Positions 50,073-60,057 of a DNA stretch of 64,000 nucleotides are shown here, piece by piece. This DNA comes from Acidobacteriota bacterium (lineage in GTDB: Bacteria; Acidobacteriota; UBA890; WLXD01), in contig CBDBHB010000009.1 of assembly GCA_965205505.1 (NCBI GenBank), positions 2,304,001-2,368,000 on the forward strand. Reading direction: 5' to 3'. The translations under genes were made by a program, and so were the position numbers. Each line of letters begins with the position of its first letter. Within the stretch, counting starts at the first letter, position 1. The notes beneath the pieces are model-generated. The model was not told the origin of the DNA, ran no database searches, and saw only the letters and a list, made by a program, of their open reading frames with translations.

Positions 50073-52835
50073 TCACTCCGCGCGCAGCGATTCTCGCGGG
50101 TCGACCCGCGTGGCGCGATGTGCCGGCACCCATGACGCGACCAGAGCGGAGCCGGCGAGGATCGCCGTGACCATCAGGTAGGTCAACGGGTCGGTTGGCG
50201 TGCCACCGAAGAGCAGACTGCTGAGAAGTCGGCTCATGGCGAGCGCACCGACGATGCCGATGGCGATGCCGATTGCCGCCGGCGTCATGCCCACCCGCAA
50301 TACGAGGGCGATGATCCGCCGGTGCTCGGCGCCGAGGGCAATTCGGATGCCCATCTCACGGGTGCGCTGCGCAACGCTGTAGGCGACGATCGCGTAGATG
50401 CCGATGCAGGCCAGCGCCAGAGCCAGCGCCGAGAACAGCGACAAGAGCAGCGTGGTGAAGCGCGGCCTAGCCACCGAGTCACGCATGAGCGAGCTCATCG
50501 TGCTGGCGTCGGCGACGTGCAGATCCGGGTCGAGAGCCCGGATCGTGCGGCGCAGCGATCCGATCGCCGCCTCGGCGTCGAGCTCCGTGCGTACGACGAT
50601 CGCCGCTGTCCAGGTGAGGCCGGGCCGGTACTCGGCGGCCTGTGCGTATGGCACATAGATCTGTACAGGAGCGTCGGCGCCGAGCCCCTCGTGGCGCACG
50701 TCGCCGGCGACGCCGATGATCTCGAAGGGCACGTCGTTGGGGTTGGAGGCAAGGATGCGAATCCTCTCGCCGACCGGGGTCCGGTCGGGGAAGTAGCGGC
50801 GCGCCAGGCTCTCGGTAACGATTGCCACCCGCGACGCCCCCGGCCGGTCGGCAGCAGTGAAGTCGCGGCCAGCGGTCAAGGGAATGCCTGCTGTGTGGAA
50901 GTAGCCGGGAAAGGAAAGCTGATAGTCGAAGCTCGGAACGTGGCCGCTCTGGTTGGCGCTCTGGAGCGTTTCGCCCTGACGCAGAAACACCTCCATGCAG
51001 ACCTCGTCACGCATCGGTAAAGCTCTTACCAGCGCCGCGTCGGCGAAGCCCGGCAACCCTCGTAACTCCCGGCGCAGTCGTTCCCAGAACGCCATCGACT
51101 GGGCCGAGCTCGTGTAGGTGCTGAAGGGCAGCGAGACTCGAGAGGCGATCAAGTTGCTGGGGTCGAGGCCGGGATCGACACGCGTCAGCGATCCGAGGCT
51201 CCTCACCAGTAGCCCGGCGCCGACTACCAGGACGACAGCGATTGCGACCTCAGCGATCACCATCAGACGATGGAAATGGTAGCGCTGCGCACCCGACGTC
51301 GAACGGGTGGACGTCTGCAGTGCGATGTTGGCGCCGGTGCGCGCTGCACGCCATGCCGGAACGGAGGCGAAGCAGAGACCGGTGGCTACCGAGGTCAGCA
51401 GCACGAAGGCGAGCACATTCGCGTCGGTACCGATCTCGCCGATTCGCGGCAGATTGCCCGGCTCGACTTGAAGTAGGAGCCGCGTGCCGACGCCGGCCGC
51501 CACCAGGCCGAGCATCCCGCCGCAAAGCGACAGCAGAACCGCCTCCGTGAGGATCTGCCCGACCAGCCGCGACCTCTGGGCCCCCAGAGCGGCGCGCACG
51601 CTGATCTCTCGCTGGCGTCCGGTCGTGCGTGCCATCAGCAGTCCGGCGACGTTGGCACAGGCGATCAGCAGCACGAAGCCGACCGCGACCATCAGCACTG
51701 ACAGGTGTCGTCGGGCGTCGCCGACCACATGCTCTTGCACCCCTGTGGCGGTCAGGGGATGGGCGTGTTCGTAGAGGTCACGCCAGCGGTCGGAGACTAC
51801 CTGCATTTCCGCCCGCACGGCGCCGAGAGAGGTTTCGGGCACGGTGCGGCCGATCACCGAGAGCCCGTGACCGGTACGCACCGTGAGGTTCTCGGTGTCG
51901 ATCGCCAGCGGGATCCACAGATCGACTCGTGTGCCGGTCATGCGGAAGCCGGCGGGCATTACGCCGACCACCTCGTAAGGGACACTGTTCAACAGCAGGC
52001 TTTCGCCGACTATGCTGCGGTCTCCCCCGAGGGTCTGTTGCCAGAAGCCGTAGTCGAGAACGGCTACAGGACTGACTCCCGGCCGGTCTTCCTCGTGACC
52101 GAAGGTACGACCGATCGCTGCTTGTCCTCCCAAGACGCTCCAAATATCGGCCGAGGCCACCGCCGCGGAGATCCGGATCGGCCGGTCGCCCCCGGTCACC
52201 ACGCGGGTCGAGAGGCGGTAGGCGAACATCGCCTCGAACAGCTCGGATTCGGCCTTGTAGTCACTGAACTCGGCCGCCGAGACTTCGAAGCGATCGATGT
52301 CCTGAAGCGGGAACTGGGTCCACACGTGAACCAGCCGTTCCGGCTCCGGGTAGGGCAGCGGCGAGAGCACAACGGCGTTCAAGACGCTGAAGATGGCGGC
52401 GTTGGCGCCAATCCCGAGCGCCAGCGTGCCGATGACAGCGGCGCTGAAGCCGCGAGCGCTCCACATCATCCGAAAGGCAAACTTGACGTCCTGCGCGAGG
52501 TTTCCCATGGCGGTCTTGATCCGGGTTGCGAGGGAGCGGCCCGGAGGATGCGAATGGCGCGCGACGCCGCCAATGCCTCGGCATCGAGCTCTGATGTCGT
52601 TGTTGCCGAAGCGCTGTACGAAGGCATTGCGCAGAGGCTCGCTCAGCGCACGCGCCCAGAAAGCGACGGGGGAGCGGCGCCCAAGGCACTCGTCTCGCCA
52701 GCCCTCCTCGAGCATGAGCTGCATCTCGGCCCCGAAGCGGCGCCTGTGGGCACGGGGATAAGACCGCAGCGCTAGCCGATACAGGCGCAGCAGCAGCCTG
52801 GATGGCCGCGGTCCAGGTAGGCGAGGAGGGCTCAT
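50073..52835 (-). CDS. ADOP-type duplicated ABC permease (intact)
   Basis: N-terminal prefix RLALRSYPRAHRRRFGAEM, LALGIGANAAIFS, LLIACANVAG, REMGIRIALGA, WVPAHRATRVDP. Confidence 0.92.
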   Translation of the reverse strand: MSPPRLPGPRPSRLLLRLYRLALRSYPRAHRRRFGAEMQLMLEEGWRDECLGRRSPVAFWARALSEPLRNAFVQRFGNNDIRARCRGIGGVARHSHPPGRSLATRIKTAMGNLAQDVKFAFRMMWSARGFSAAVIGTLALGIGANAAIFSVLNAVVLSPLPYPEPERLVHVWTQFPLQDIDRFEVSAAEFSDYKAESELFEAMFAYRLSTRVVTGGDRPIRISAAVASADIWSVLGGQAAIGRTFGHEEDRPGVSPVAVLDYGFWQQTLGGDRSIVGESLLLNSVPYEVVGVMPAGFRMTGTRVDLWIPLAIDTENLTVRTGHGLSVIGRTVPETSLGAVRAEMQVVSDRWRDLYEHAHPLTATGVQEHVVGDARRHLSVLMVAVGFVLLIACANVAGLLMARTTGRQREISVRAALGAQRSRLVGQILTEAVLLSLCGGMLGLVAAGVGTRLLLQVEPGNLPRIGEIGTDANVLAFVLLTSVATGLCFASVPAWRAARTGANIALQTSTRSTSGAQRYHFHRLMVIAEVAIAVVLVVGAGLLVRSLGSLTRVDPGLDPSNLIASRVSLPFSTYTSSAQSMAFWERLRRELRGLPGFADAALVRALPMRDEVCMEVFLRQGETLQSANQSGHVPSFDYQLSFPGYFHTAGIPLTAGRDFTAADRPGASRVAIVTESLARRYFPDRTPVGERIRILASNPNDVPFEIIGVAGDVRHEGLGADAPVQIYVPYAQAAEYRPGLTWTAAIVVRTELDAEAAIGSLRRTIRALDPDLHVADASTMSSLMRDSVARPRFTTLLLSLFSALALALACIGIYAIVAYSVAQRTREMGIRIALGAEHRRIIALVLRVGMTPAAIGIAIGIVGALAMSRLLSSLLFGGTPTDPLTYLMVTAILAGSALVASWVPAHRATRVDPRESLRAE

Positions 52836-53230
52836 CGGGCCCCGCTGGCAGAGCGCGTCAGCTTTCTCGCCCGTACCGCCGTGACCAGCGACGCCATGCG
52901 TTCTGCTTCGCCCTCGATGGCGCCGATACCGGTGGCCGTAAGCCGGTAATAGCGACGCCTAGGATCGTCGTCGCTGGGGCGGCGCCGACTCTCCTCGATC
53001 AAGCCCTCGTCCAGGAGGCGACCGAGGTGCCGGTACAGCGTGCCAGGATCGAGGCGTACCGAGCTCTCGGAGCGGCGCTCGATGTTCTTGCGGATCTCGT
53101 AGCCGTGCGCCTGCCCCTCGACCAGGGCCAGGAGAATCAGGAAGACATTGGGCTTCAGCGGAGCAGAACCGGGGGGATCGGACGAGCGCATGTTCGGTTG
53201 CTCGGGTTTAAGGGAGGAGGCAATCTGCAT
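52832..53230 (-). CDS. PadR-family transcriptional regulator
   Basis: FLILLALVEGQAHGYEIRK, DPGTLYRHLGRL, DPRRRYYRLT; stop overlaps the permease start. Confidence 0.92.
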   Translation of the reverse strand: MQIASSLKPEQPNMRSSDPPGSAPLKPNVFLILLALVEGQAHGYEIRKNIERRSESSVRLDPGTLYRHLGRLLDEGLIEESRRRPSDDDPRRRYYRLTATGIGAIEGEAERMASLVTAVRARKLTRSASGAR

Positions 53231-53249
53231 AGAGGTATTATGCCTCTAT
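53229..53249 (-). promoter_or_regulatory. palindromic operator ATAGAGG-N7-CCTCTAT overlapping the padR start codon
   Basis: Perfect 7-bp inverted repeat in an AT-rich segment. Confidence 0.6.
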
Positions 53250-53302
53250 ATATACTGCCCAATCAACACCCCTGCGTGCCACGGGATCTCTCCGCTCGAC
53301 CG

Positions 53303-53328
53303 ACCACCCTTTCACCACGGCCTGTTAG
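53303..53328 (+). repeat. IS-end-like motif ACCACCCTTTCACCACGGCCTGTTAG
   Basis: Copy of the repeat at 41235 and 60165. Confidence 0.75.
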
Positions 53329-53430
53329 CCCTGGTGACTAGGATCAAGAGCCGCCTTCGCAGCAAACGGATGCTGATACATTACGCTCCCGGGGCGGTTT
53401 TCCGAACAGAGCGCAGCGTGAGTCGAGGTC

Positions 53431-54087
53431 ATGGCAGACAAGCGGATCTTCAAGTTCGATGGCGACGAGATGGATGTGCGGTGGGACAGCCGCCTTTGCA
53501 TCCACGTCGGAGAGTGCACACGGGCCAAGGGCGAGCTGTTCGTCAGTGGGCGCAAGCCCTGGTGTGAGCCGGGCAGCAGTGTGGCCGACGACGTTGCCGA
53601 TGTGGTGCAGCGATGCCCGACGGGCGCGCTCACCTACGAGCGCAAGGGCGATGGGGCGGCTGAGACAACGCCGACGACCAACGAGGTCACGGTGGCGAAT
53701 AACGGGCCGCTGTATTTCTCCGGCGATTTGCAAATCGACGGGGCCGCCGACGACCTGTGGGGGGTGCGCTTCCGAGCAGCGCTTTGTCGGTGCGGGGATT
53801 CGAAGAACAAACCGTTCTGCGACAACTCGCATGAAGAAGCCGGATTCCGCGACCGTGGCGCCGTGGGCGACATCGGGGAGCCGACCCTCGAGTCGACCGG
53901 CGGACCGCTGACGATCAAGCGGGTGGAAAACGGCCCGCTGATCGTGGCGGGCAACCTCGGCATACGATCCGCCTCAGGGCGGCAAGGCTGGCGGGGTACG
54001 CGGGCCGCCTTGTGTCGATGCGGCGCGTCGAGCAACAAGCCCTTTTGTGACGGCAGCCACAAGCAGGTCGGGTTCGAGGCGGAATAG
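53431..54087 (+). CDS. CDGSH iron-sulfur protein with N-terminal Fer4_19-like domain
   Basis: CIHVGEC...CPTGAL; two copies of ALCRCG.S.NKPFCD(N/G)SH. Confidence 0.9.
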   Translation: MADKRIFKFDGDEMDVRWDSRLCIHVGECTRAKGELFVSGRKPWCEPGSSVADDVADVVQRCPTGALTYERKGDGAAETTPTTNEVTVANNGPLYFSGDLQIDGAADDLWGVRFRAALCRCGDSKNKPFCDNSHEEAGFRDRGAVGDIGEPTLESTGGPLTIKRVENGPLIVAGNLGIRSASGRQGWRGTRAALCRCGASSNKPFCDGSHKQVGFEAE

Positions 54088-54364
54088 CGCGACGCTTCGT
54101 GGTGTTTCGTCGGTACCGGGCCGGAGCTCGGAGTCTGTGGGATAGGAGCTGGCGTTGCTGCAGCGACGCTTGAACCCAGACCCCACGGTGGAACCGCCGC
54201 GTGATGCTGCCCGCATGCCCGGGCAGCGGCTCGCCGCGCCGCCGCGCGGGTTATCCTAGGCCGGCCAGACGACACGGTTGAGCAACTCGACGCTTTCGCG
54301 AGAGCCGACAGCGCCGCGGCTCGGCTAGCGAGCGCGTGGACGGGATGGGAAGACAGAGGCGCCA

Positions 54365-56695
54365 GTGACCCTGCAGATCGGCGGTCTGTTCCTGCTGCTC
54401 GCGGTGATGGTCTATCTGTTCCTCACGGAGAAGCTGCCGGTCGACCTGACGGCGTTTCTCGGCCTGGTGGTGTTGATATTCGCCGGCTTCGTGACCCCCA
54501 GCGAGGCGTTCCTGGGCTTTTCGTCGCCTGCCGTGATCACCATGCTGTCGGTGTTCATCATCGGCGCCGCCCTGCTCGAGACCGGGGTTGCCGACCTTAT
54601 CGGAGATCGCCTTTACCGGCTGGCGGGGGACAGCGAAACACGACTGTTGGTGACCTTGATGCTGGTGGCCGGCGTGCTGTCTGCTTTCATGAACAACATT
54701 GCTGCGACCGCGGTCCTGATGCCCGCTGTCGCCGCCGTGGCGCCGCGCGCCGGCCTGGCTCCCTCGCGGCTCTTCATGCCGCTCGCTTTCGGCGCGATTC
54801 TCGGCGGTACCACCACTCTCGTCGGCACACCGCCCAACATTGTTGCCGCGCAGATGATGGCCGATCGCGGGCTGGAGCCGTTCCAGCTGTTCGACTTCAC
54901 GCCGATCGGCGTGGCGATCATGGCGCTCGGCATGATTTTCATGCTGACCGTGGGAAAGCGATTGCTTCCGGCGGACACTGGTCGCGGGCCGGCGACCCTC
55001 GAGGGCGAGGACCTGAGCCAGATCTACCAACTCGAGGAGCGGCTGTTCTCGTTGCGGCTCCCTACCAGCAGTGCGCTGGATGGTCGGACGCTGGCGGAGA
55101 CTCGCCTCGGCAACACTCTGGGCTTCAAGGTGGTGTTGATCCAGCGGGGAGACAAGACGCTGGTTCCGGAGGGCAGTACACGCCTTCGGGGCGGTGACGT
55201 GCTCATCGTCGACGGCGAGGTCTCGAAAGTCCGTGAGTTTCTGCAGATGGAGCAGCTGGACGTTCATCCGATGCAGGTGGATCGCTTGCCGCGCGTGTCG
55301 CCGGACGTCAGTGGCATGAGAGTTGTCGTCGAGGCGGGAGGCACCGTGGCCGGCAACACCCTGAGGGAACTTGCCTTCCGCGGACGATTCGGGGTGGTGG
55401 TGTTGGCTATCCGCCACCGGGGACAGCTCTACACCGATCATCTGGCCGAACAGACACTGCGGCTGGGCGACGAGGTATTGGCAATCGGGCGAAGTGAGGA
55501 TCTCGAGCGATTCGCAGCCGAGCCGGGGTGGGGGGTGTTGGAAACCGGAGTTTCGGCGGTGGCTGACCTGCAGGAGCGCCTGTGCGTGATCGAGGTGCCG
55601 GCAGACTCCGGCCTCGCGGGAGCCACGATCTCCTCCAGTCGCCTCAGCGAGATCGTCGGTCTGACCGTCGCGGGCATCATCCGGGATCAGGAGACCCGTC
55701 TAATGCTCTCCCCGAGCGACACGATCCGGGCGGGCGATCGCCTGTTGCTGGCCGCGGATCCCGGCGCCGTGGCGGCGCTGGCCGATGCTGGCGAGGTCGA
55801 GATCGGGCCACGAGTGGGGCGCGAGCTCCTGGAGACCGATGCGGCGGCGATGGTAGAAGCGGCGGTCGCCCCGCGGTCGGCTGCCGAAGGCCGCACCCTG
55901 GAGGAGCTCGACTTCCAGCATCGCCACGGGCTGTTGGCGCTGGCGTTGTGGCGCGAGGGGCGGCCGATTCATGCTGATCTGGCCCGCGTGCCGCTGCGCT
56001 TCGGCGACGCGCTGCTGCTGCATGGGCCACCGGGAAAGGTCGCCCGGCTCGCCTCAGAGCCTGACTTCGTGGTGCTGTCGGCCACCGAACGGGCCGTCCG
56101 GCGCACCAACAAGGCGCCGCTAGCTCTGGCGGGACTGCTGCTGATGATTCTGCTGGTGGCAACCGGATGGCAGCCGATCCATGTCGCCGCGTTCACCGCC
56201 GCTTCTCTGGTACTGGTCGCCGGTGCGCTGACTATGAAAGAGGCCTACCGGGTGATCGAGTGGCGGGTGATCTTTCTCGTTGCCGCAGTGCTACCAGTGG
56301 GCTTCGCGATGGAGCGATCGGGCGCTGCAGGCTTCCTCGCAGACTCGGTGGCTTCGACGGTGGGCTCGCTGGGGCCTTATGCGGTGCTTGCAGCGCTCGT
56401 CTTCATGGCGAGCCTGCTCAGCCAGGGGCTCGACGGGGCCCCGGCGGTGGTTCTACTGGCGCCGGTAGTTTTCGAGACGGCCGGTCGACTACAGCTCAGC
56501 CCATACCCGTTGATGATGGGGGTCAGCCTGGCGGCCTCGGCGGCATTCATGACGCCGTTCAGCCACAAGGCCAACCTGCTGGTCATGGGAGCCGGCGGGT
56601 ATCGCGCCAAAGACTACTTGCGCGTGGGGACGCCGTTGACGGTCCTGCTGCTCGTTCTGCTCGTTCTGCTCGTGCCGGTGTTCTTGCCGTTCTGA
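54365..56695 (+). CDS. SLC13/DASS-family permease with multiple TrkA-C domains
   Basis: LSAFMNN, GGTTTLVGTPPN, four RCK_C-like repeats (LR.GD), AFMTPFSHKANLLV. Confidence 0.88.
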   Translation: MTLQIGGLFLLLAVMVYLFLTEKLPVDLTAFLGLVVLIFAGFVTPSEAFLGFSSPAVITMLSVFIIGAALLETGVADLIGDRLYRLAGDSETRLLVTLMLVAGVLSAFMNNIAATAVLMPAVAAVAPRAGLAPSRLFMPLAFGAILGGTTTLVGTPPNIVAAQMMADRGLEPFQLFDFTPIGVAIMALGMIFMLTVGKRLLPADTGRGPATLEGEDLSQIYQLEERLFSLRLPTSSALDGRTLAETRLGNTLGFKVVLIQRGDKTLVPEGSTRLRGGDVLIVDGEVSKVREFLQMEQLDVHPMQVDRLPRVSPDVSGMRVVVEAGGTVAGNTLRELAFRGRFGVVVLAIRHRGQLYTDHLAEQTLRLGDEVLAIGRSEDLERFAAEPGWGVLETGVSAVADLQERLCVIEVPADSGLAGATISSSRLSEIVGLTVAGIIRDQETRLMLSPSDTIRAGDRLLLAADPGAVAALADAGEVEIGPRVGRELLETDAAAMVEAAVAPRSAAEGRTLEELDFQHRHGLLALALWREGRPIHADLARVPLRFGDALLLHGPPGKVARLASEPDFVVLSATERAVRRTNKAPLALAGLLLMILLVATGWQPIHVAAFTAASLVLVAGALTMKEAYRVIEWRVIFLVAAVLPVGFAMERSGAAGFLADSVASTVGSLGPYAVLAALVFMASLLSQGLDGAPAVVLLAPVVFETAGRLQLSPYPLMMGVSLAASAAFMTPFSHKANLLVMGAGGYRAKDYLRVGTPLTVLLLVLLVLLVPVFLPF

Positions 56696-56706
56696 GGTTG
56701 CCGCGA

Positions 56707-56891
56707 CTACTGCCGGCGGATGATGCCGCAGGCGATCCGCCCGCCCCCGCGCAGCCGGCTTCCTCACCGTCTGGGCAGTAGCTGTCGGGGTCGGTGTGGA
56801 CGATGAAGGCGCTCGACGCCTTGCCGTTCTGATCGAAGATGCTCAGTGGTCCGGGGCTCAACGTGACGCGCGTCGTCTGCGTCGTCATCAA
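56707..56891 (-). pseudogene. C-terminal remnant of a Cu/Zn superoxide dismutase (SodC)
   Basis: TTRVTLSPGPLSIFDQNG..SAFIVHTDPDSYC...GCAG/(frameshift)/GGRIACGII. Confidence 0.7.
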
Positions 56892-56967
56892 CTGTTGTCG
56901 AGCGTGAGCTCAACGGCCGACGGAAACTTGAAACCAAACGGCGCCGCTCGCCGTACTTTCCTGTGCA

Positions 56968-59649
56968 ATGCGCAACAAATCGTCCGATAGGCCTGCCCCG
57001 AACAGCCGCCCGCCCCGACTCGCGGCCTTCCTGCTGCGAATTTTCTCGCCCGCCGCAGAGCGTGAAGAGTTGCTCGGTGACCTGAGCGAGGAGTACCGGC
57101 GGCATCGTTTGCCGCAGGACCGGCGTGCGGCACGCCGGTGGTACTGGGGCCAAGCGCTGCGATCTCTACGCCCTGGGCTGGATCGCCCCAAGAAACGCCT
57201 CTGGCTGCCCGCCGGAAGGGAGGCTCTTATGAGCAACTTGCTTCAGGACTTGAAGTACGGCGTCCGGTCACTCTTGCGTGCCCCCGTCTTCACCGGCCTT
57301 ACGGTGCTTACGCTGACGCTGGCCATCGGCGTAAACAGCGCCATCTTCAGCATGGTGAGCGTCATCTTCTTCACCGACCTTCCGTTCAAGAACACCGACG
57401 AGCTCGCCCTCGTGTTCATGCAGAATCCCGAGCGGGGAGTCGAGCGACAGACACCTTCCTTGCCGGACTTCATCGACTACCGGGAGCAGACAGAACAACT
57501 CGAAGACATGGCTGCCTTGGAGCAACGAGCCGGAGCGTTGGTCGATGGCGATGAGCCCGTGCGCGTTCTCATCGGTGCTCTGACGGCGAATGCGTTCGGT
57601 AGTTGGGGTGTTGCGCCGACGCTCGGCCGCGACTTTGTTGACGGCGAAGACGACCCCGGCGCGGATCACGTTGTCATGCTCAGCCACGGGTTCTGGGAGC
57701 GACGCTACGGACTCGACTCGAATGTTGTCGGCAGGGAGCTCAAGCTCGACGGTCACCCGACGGTTGTCGTCGGGATCGTCGCCGAGGCGCTGGAGTGGGG
57801 TGACCTGGCTCGCATCGACGTTTGGGTGCCGATGGAGCTGAGTCCGACCGCTCGGCGCCGTGACCAGCGAGACCTGCTGGTCACGGGTCGGCTGGTGGCG
57901 GGGGCGACCATGGCACAGGCACATGCCGAGTTCCTGGAGATCGGCGAGAGCCTGGCAGATCGCTATCCAGAGACCAACCGCGGCTGGATCCCCAACGTCC
58001 AGAGTTTCTACGACGGGATGGCGGACGACGGATTCTGGGCCATTCTCCTCCTACTGTCGATCACCGTCGGGTTGGTCATGCTGATCGCCTGTTCCAACGT
58101 CGCTACCATGACGCTTGCTCGGGCCACCGGGCGGACCCAGGAGTTGGCGGTGCGGGCGGCACTCGGGGCCGGACGAGCGCGAATCTTGCGGCAACTGGTC
58201 ACCGAGAGCGTGCTGCTTTCAATAGCTTCGGGGCTGCTCGGACTGGGGGTGGCGCACGCGGCGCTGGTCGGGCTTACCTGGATTGCTGGCAGTAGCTCCG
58301 GCATCAGCTCGTTCTTCTCGATGTTGGAGATCGACCGACCGGTGTTGGTGTTCACTCTCGGTGTGTCGGTCTGCGCCCCGGTGCTGTTCGGGCTCGTACC
58401 GGCGCTACGCGCAGCACGCGCCGATCTTGCCTCGACCCTCAAGGAAAGCGGCCGCTCCTCGGGTTCCGTGGCGACGCTTCGTGGTCGGCGTCTGCTCGTC
58501 GCCACGCAGGTGTCTTTGGCGATCACTCTGATGGTCGTTGCCGGTCTCATTATCAGGGCATTGCTAGATTTGCGCTCGCTGGAGTACGCCTACGATCCGG
58601 AGGCGGTGCTCACGTTGCGCGTCGAGTTGCCCGAGACCGGCTATCCGGATTTGCAAGAAGTGCGGGCGTTCCGGCAGCAGGTGTTGGAACGGACGCAGGC
58701 GATCCCCGGCGTTGTTCGAGCCGCGTGGGTGGACGCTCGCCCGCTGGCCGATGCGGTTGGGACCGCGTCGATAGAGATCGAGGGCGCCGAGGTTCGCACC
58801 GCCGAGCAGGTGCCGTGGGCCTTTCCGGTCACCGTTGACCCGGGCTACTTCGACATGATGAGGATGCGGCCGATCCAGGGGAGGCTACTCGGGCCAGAAG
58901 ACGATGTTGGCGGAGCCCCGGTAGCGTTGGTCAACGCCGAAACGGTGGAGCGTTTCTGGGCCGGCGAGGATCTGGTCGGACGTCGACTTCGGTTGAGCGG
59001 GGCCGGCGAGTGGCTGGAGATCGTCGGAGTAGTTTCCGACGAGGTGTACCCGGACCCTGACAATCTCGTGGTTCCGTCCGTCTACTTGCCGTTGGCGCAG
59101 CACACCGCTCACGCGGGAGCCCTCCTGGTTGAGACGGTGGGGGACCGGCTGAGCGTCGCGACCCCTATCCGGCGCGTCGTCTGGGACATCGACCCCGAGC
59201 AGCCGATAGCCGATGTGCGCACGCAGGCGCGCATCTTCGCGGATGACTTGGCGGAAATCAGCGCTATCTCGACCTTGTTCGGAGCGTTCGCGCTCTTCGC
59301 GTTGGTGATGTCCGCAACGGGGATCTACGGTGTGCTTTCGTACATGGTGGCGCAGCGTACGCGCGAGTTCGGAATCCGCATGGCACTCGGTGCGCGCGGT
59401 GGCGATGTTCGTGCCATGGTGGTGCGCAATTCGGGCCTGCTGATTCTGTGCGGTGTCGGCGTTGGGCTCGCAGGGGCGCTGGCGCTCGCGCGTGTCCTGG
59501 CGAGCGTCGAGCCGACGATCAATGCCGTCGATCCCGTTGTCTACGGCACCGTTGGCGGGGTGCTGCTCGGGGTGGCCGGGCTCTCGGCCTGGATACCGGC
59601 GCACCGTGCTACGCGCGTCGAGCCGGCCACCGCGCTCCGGACGGAGTAA
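56968..59649 (+). CDS. ADOP-type duplicated ABC permease (intact)
   Basis: PPRLAAFLL..REELLGDLSEEY...ARRWYWGQ prefix, LIACSNVA, GIYGVLSYMVAQRTREFGIRMALGA, WIPAHRATRVEP. Confidence 0.92.
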   Translation: MRNKSSDRPAPNSRPPRLAAFLLRIFSPAAEREELLGDLSEEYRRHRLPQDRRAARRWYWGQALRSLRPGLDRPKKRLWLPAGREALMSNLLQDLKYGVRSLLRAPVFTGLTVLTLTLAIGVNSAIFSMVSVIFFTDLPFKNTDELALVFMQNPERGVERQTPSLPDFIDYREQTEQLEDMAALEQRAGALVDGDEPVRVLIGALTANAFGSWGVAPTLGRDFVDGEDDPGADHVVMLSHGFWERRYGLDSNVVGRELKLDGHPTVVVGIVAEALEWGDLARIDVWVPMELSPTARRRDQRDLLVTGRLVAGATMAQAHAEFLEIGESLADRYPETNRGWIPNVQSFYDGMADDGFWAILLLLSITVGLVMLIACSNVATMTLARATGRTQELAVRAALGAGRARILRQLVTESVLLSIASGLLGLGVAHAALVGLTWIAGSSSGISSFFSMLEIDRPVLVFTLGVSVCAPVLFGLVPALRAARADLASTLKESGRSSGSVATLRGRRLLVATQVSLAITLMVVAGLIIRALLDLRSLEYAYDPEAVLTLRVELPETGYPDLQEVRAFRQQVLERTQAIPGVVRAAWVDARPLADAVGTASIEIEGAEVRTAEQVPWAFPVTVDPGYFDMMRMRPIQGRLLGPEDDVGGAPVALVNAETVERFWAGEDLVGRRLRLSGAGEWLEIVGVVSDEVYPDPDNLVVPSVYLPLAQHTAHAGALLVETVGDRLSVATPIRRVVWDIDPEQPIADVRTQARIFADDLAEISAISTLFGAFALFALVMSATGIYGVLSYMVAQRTREFGIRMALGARGGDVRAMVVRNSGLLILCGVGVGLAGALALARVLASVEPTINAVDPVVYGTVGGVLLGVAGLSAWIPAHRATRVEPATALRTE

Positions 59650-59653
59650 TCGA

Positions 59654-59980
59654 ATGGGCAAGGGCGAGTACCTGGGTGAGTTCGAGTTGCTGGTAATGAC
59701 GACCCTCGTCCGCCTTGGCGATGACGCCTACGGCATGCAGATTCGACGCGACATCGAGGCGCGTACCGGTCGTCCGGTGTCGATTGGCAACGTCTATGCT
59801 GCGCTACGGCGGCTGGACGCCAAGGGATACCTCGGCACGAGCAAGGGGCCACCCACGCCGGAGCGCGGCGGGCGCGCCAAGCGCTACTTTCATCTCCAGC
59901 CGGCGGGGGCGCGCGCTCTCGCCAGGTCCCGCGACCTGTTTCTGACGGTGCTGGCGGATCTTCCCGACCTGCCCAGCTGA
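59654..59980 (+). CDS. PadR-family transcriptional regulator
   Basis: MGKGEYLGEFELLVM...AYGMQIRRDIE...IGNVYAALRRL...RGGRAKRYF. Confidence 0.92.
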   Translation: MGKGEYLGEFELLVMTTLVRLGDDAYGMQIRRDIEARTGRPVSIGNVYAALRRLDAKGYLGTSKGPPTPERGGRAKRYFHLQPAGARALARSRDLFLTVLADLPDLPS

Positions 59981-60057
59981 GCGCACGGCGACCGAACATT
60001 GACGTAGCCGGCAAAGCGGGTGCCCGATGATCCGAGTGCAATCGCCGTAACCCTTCG

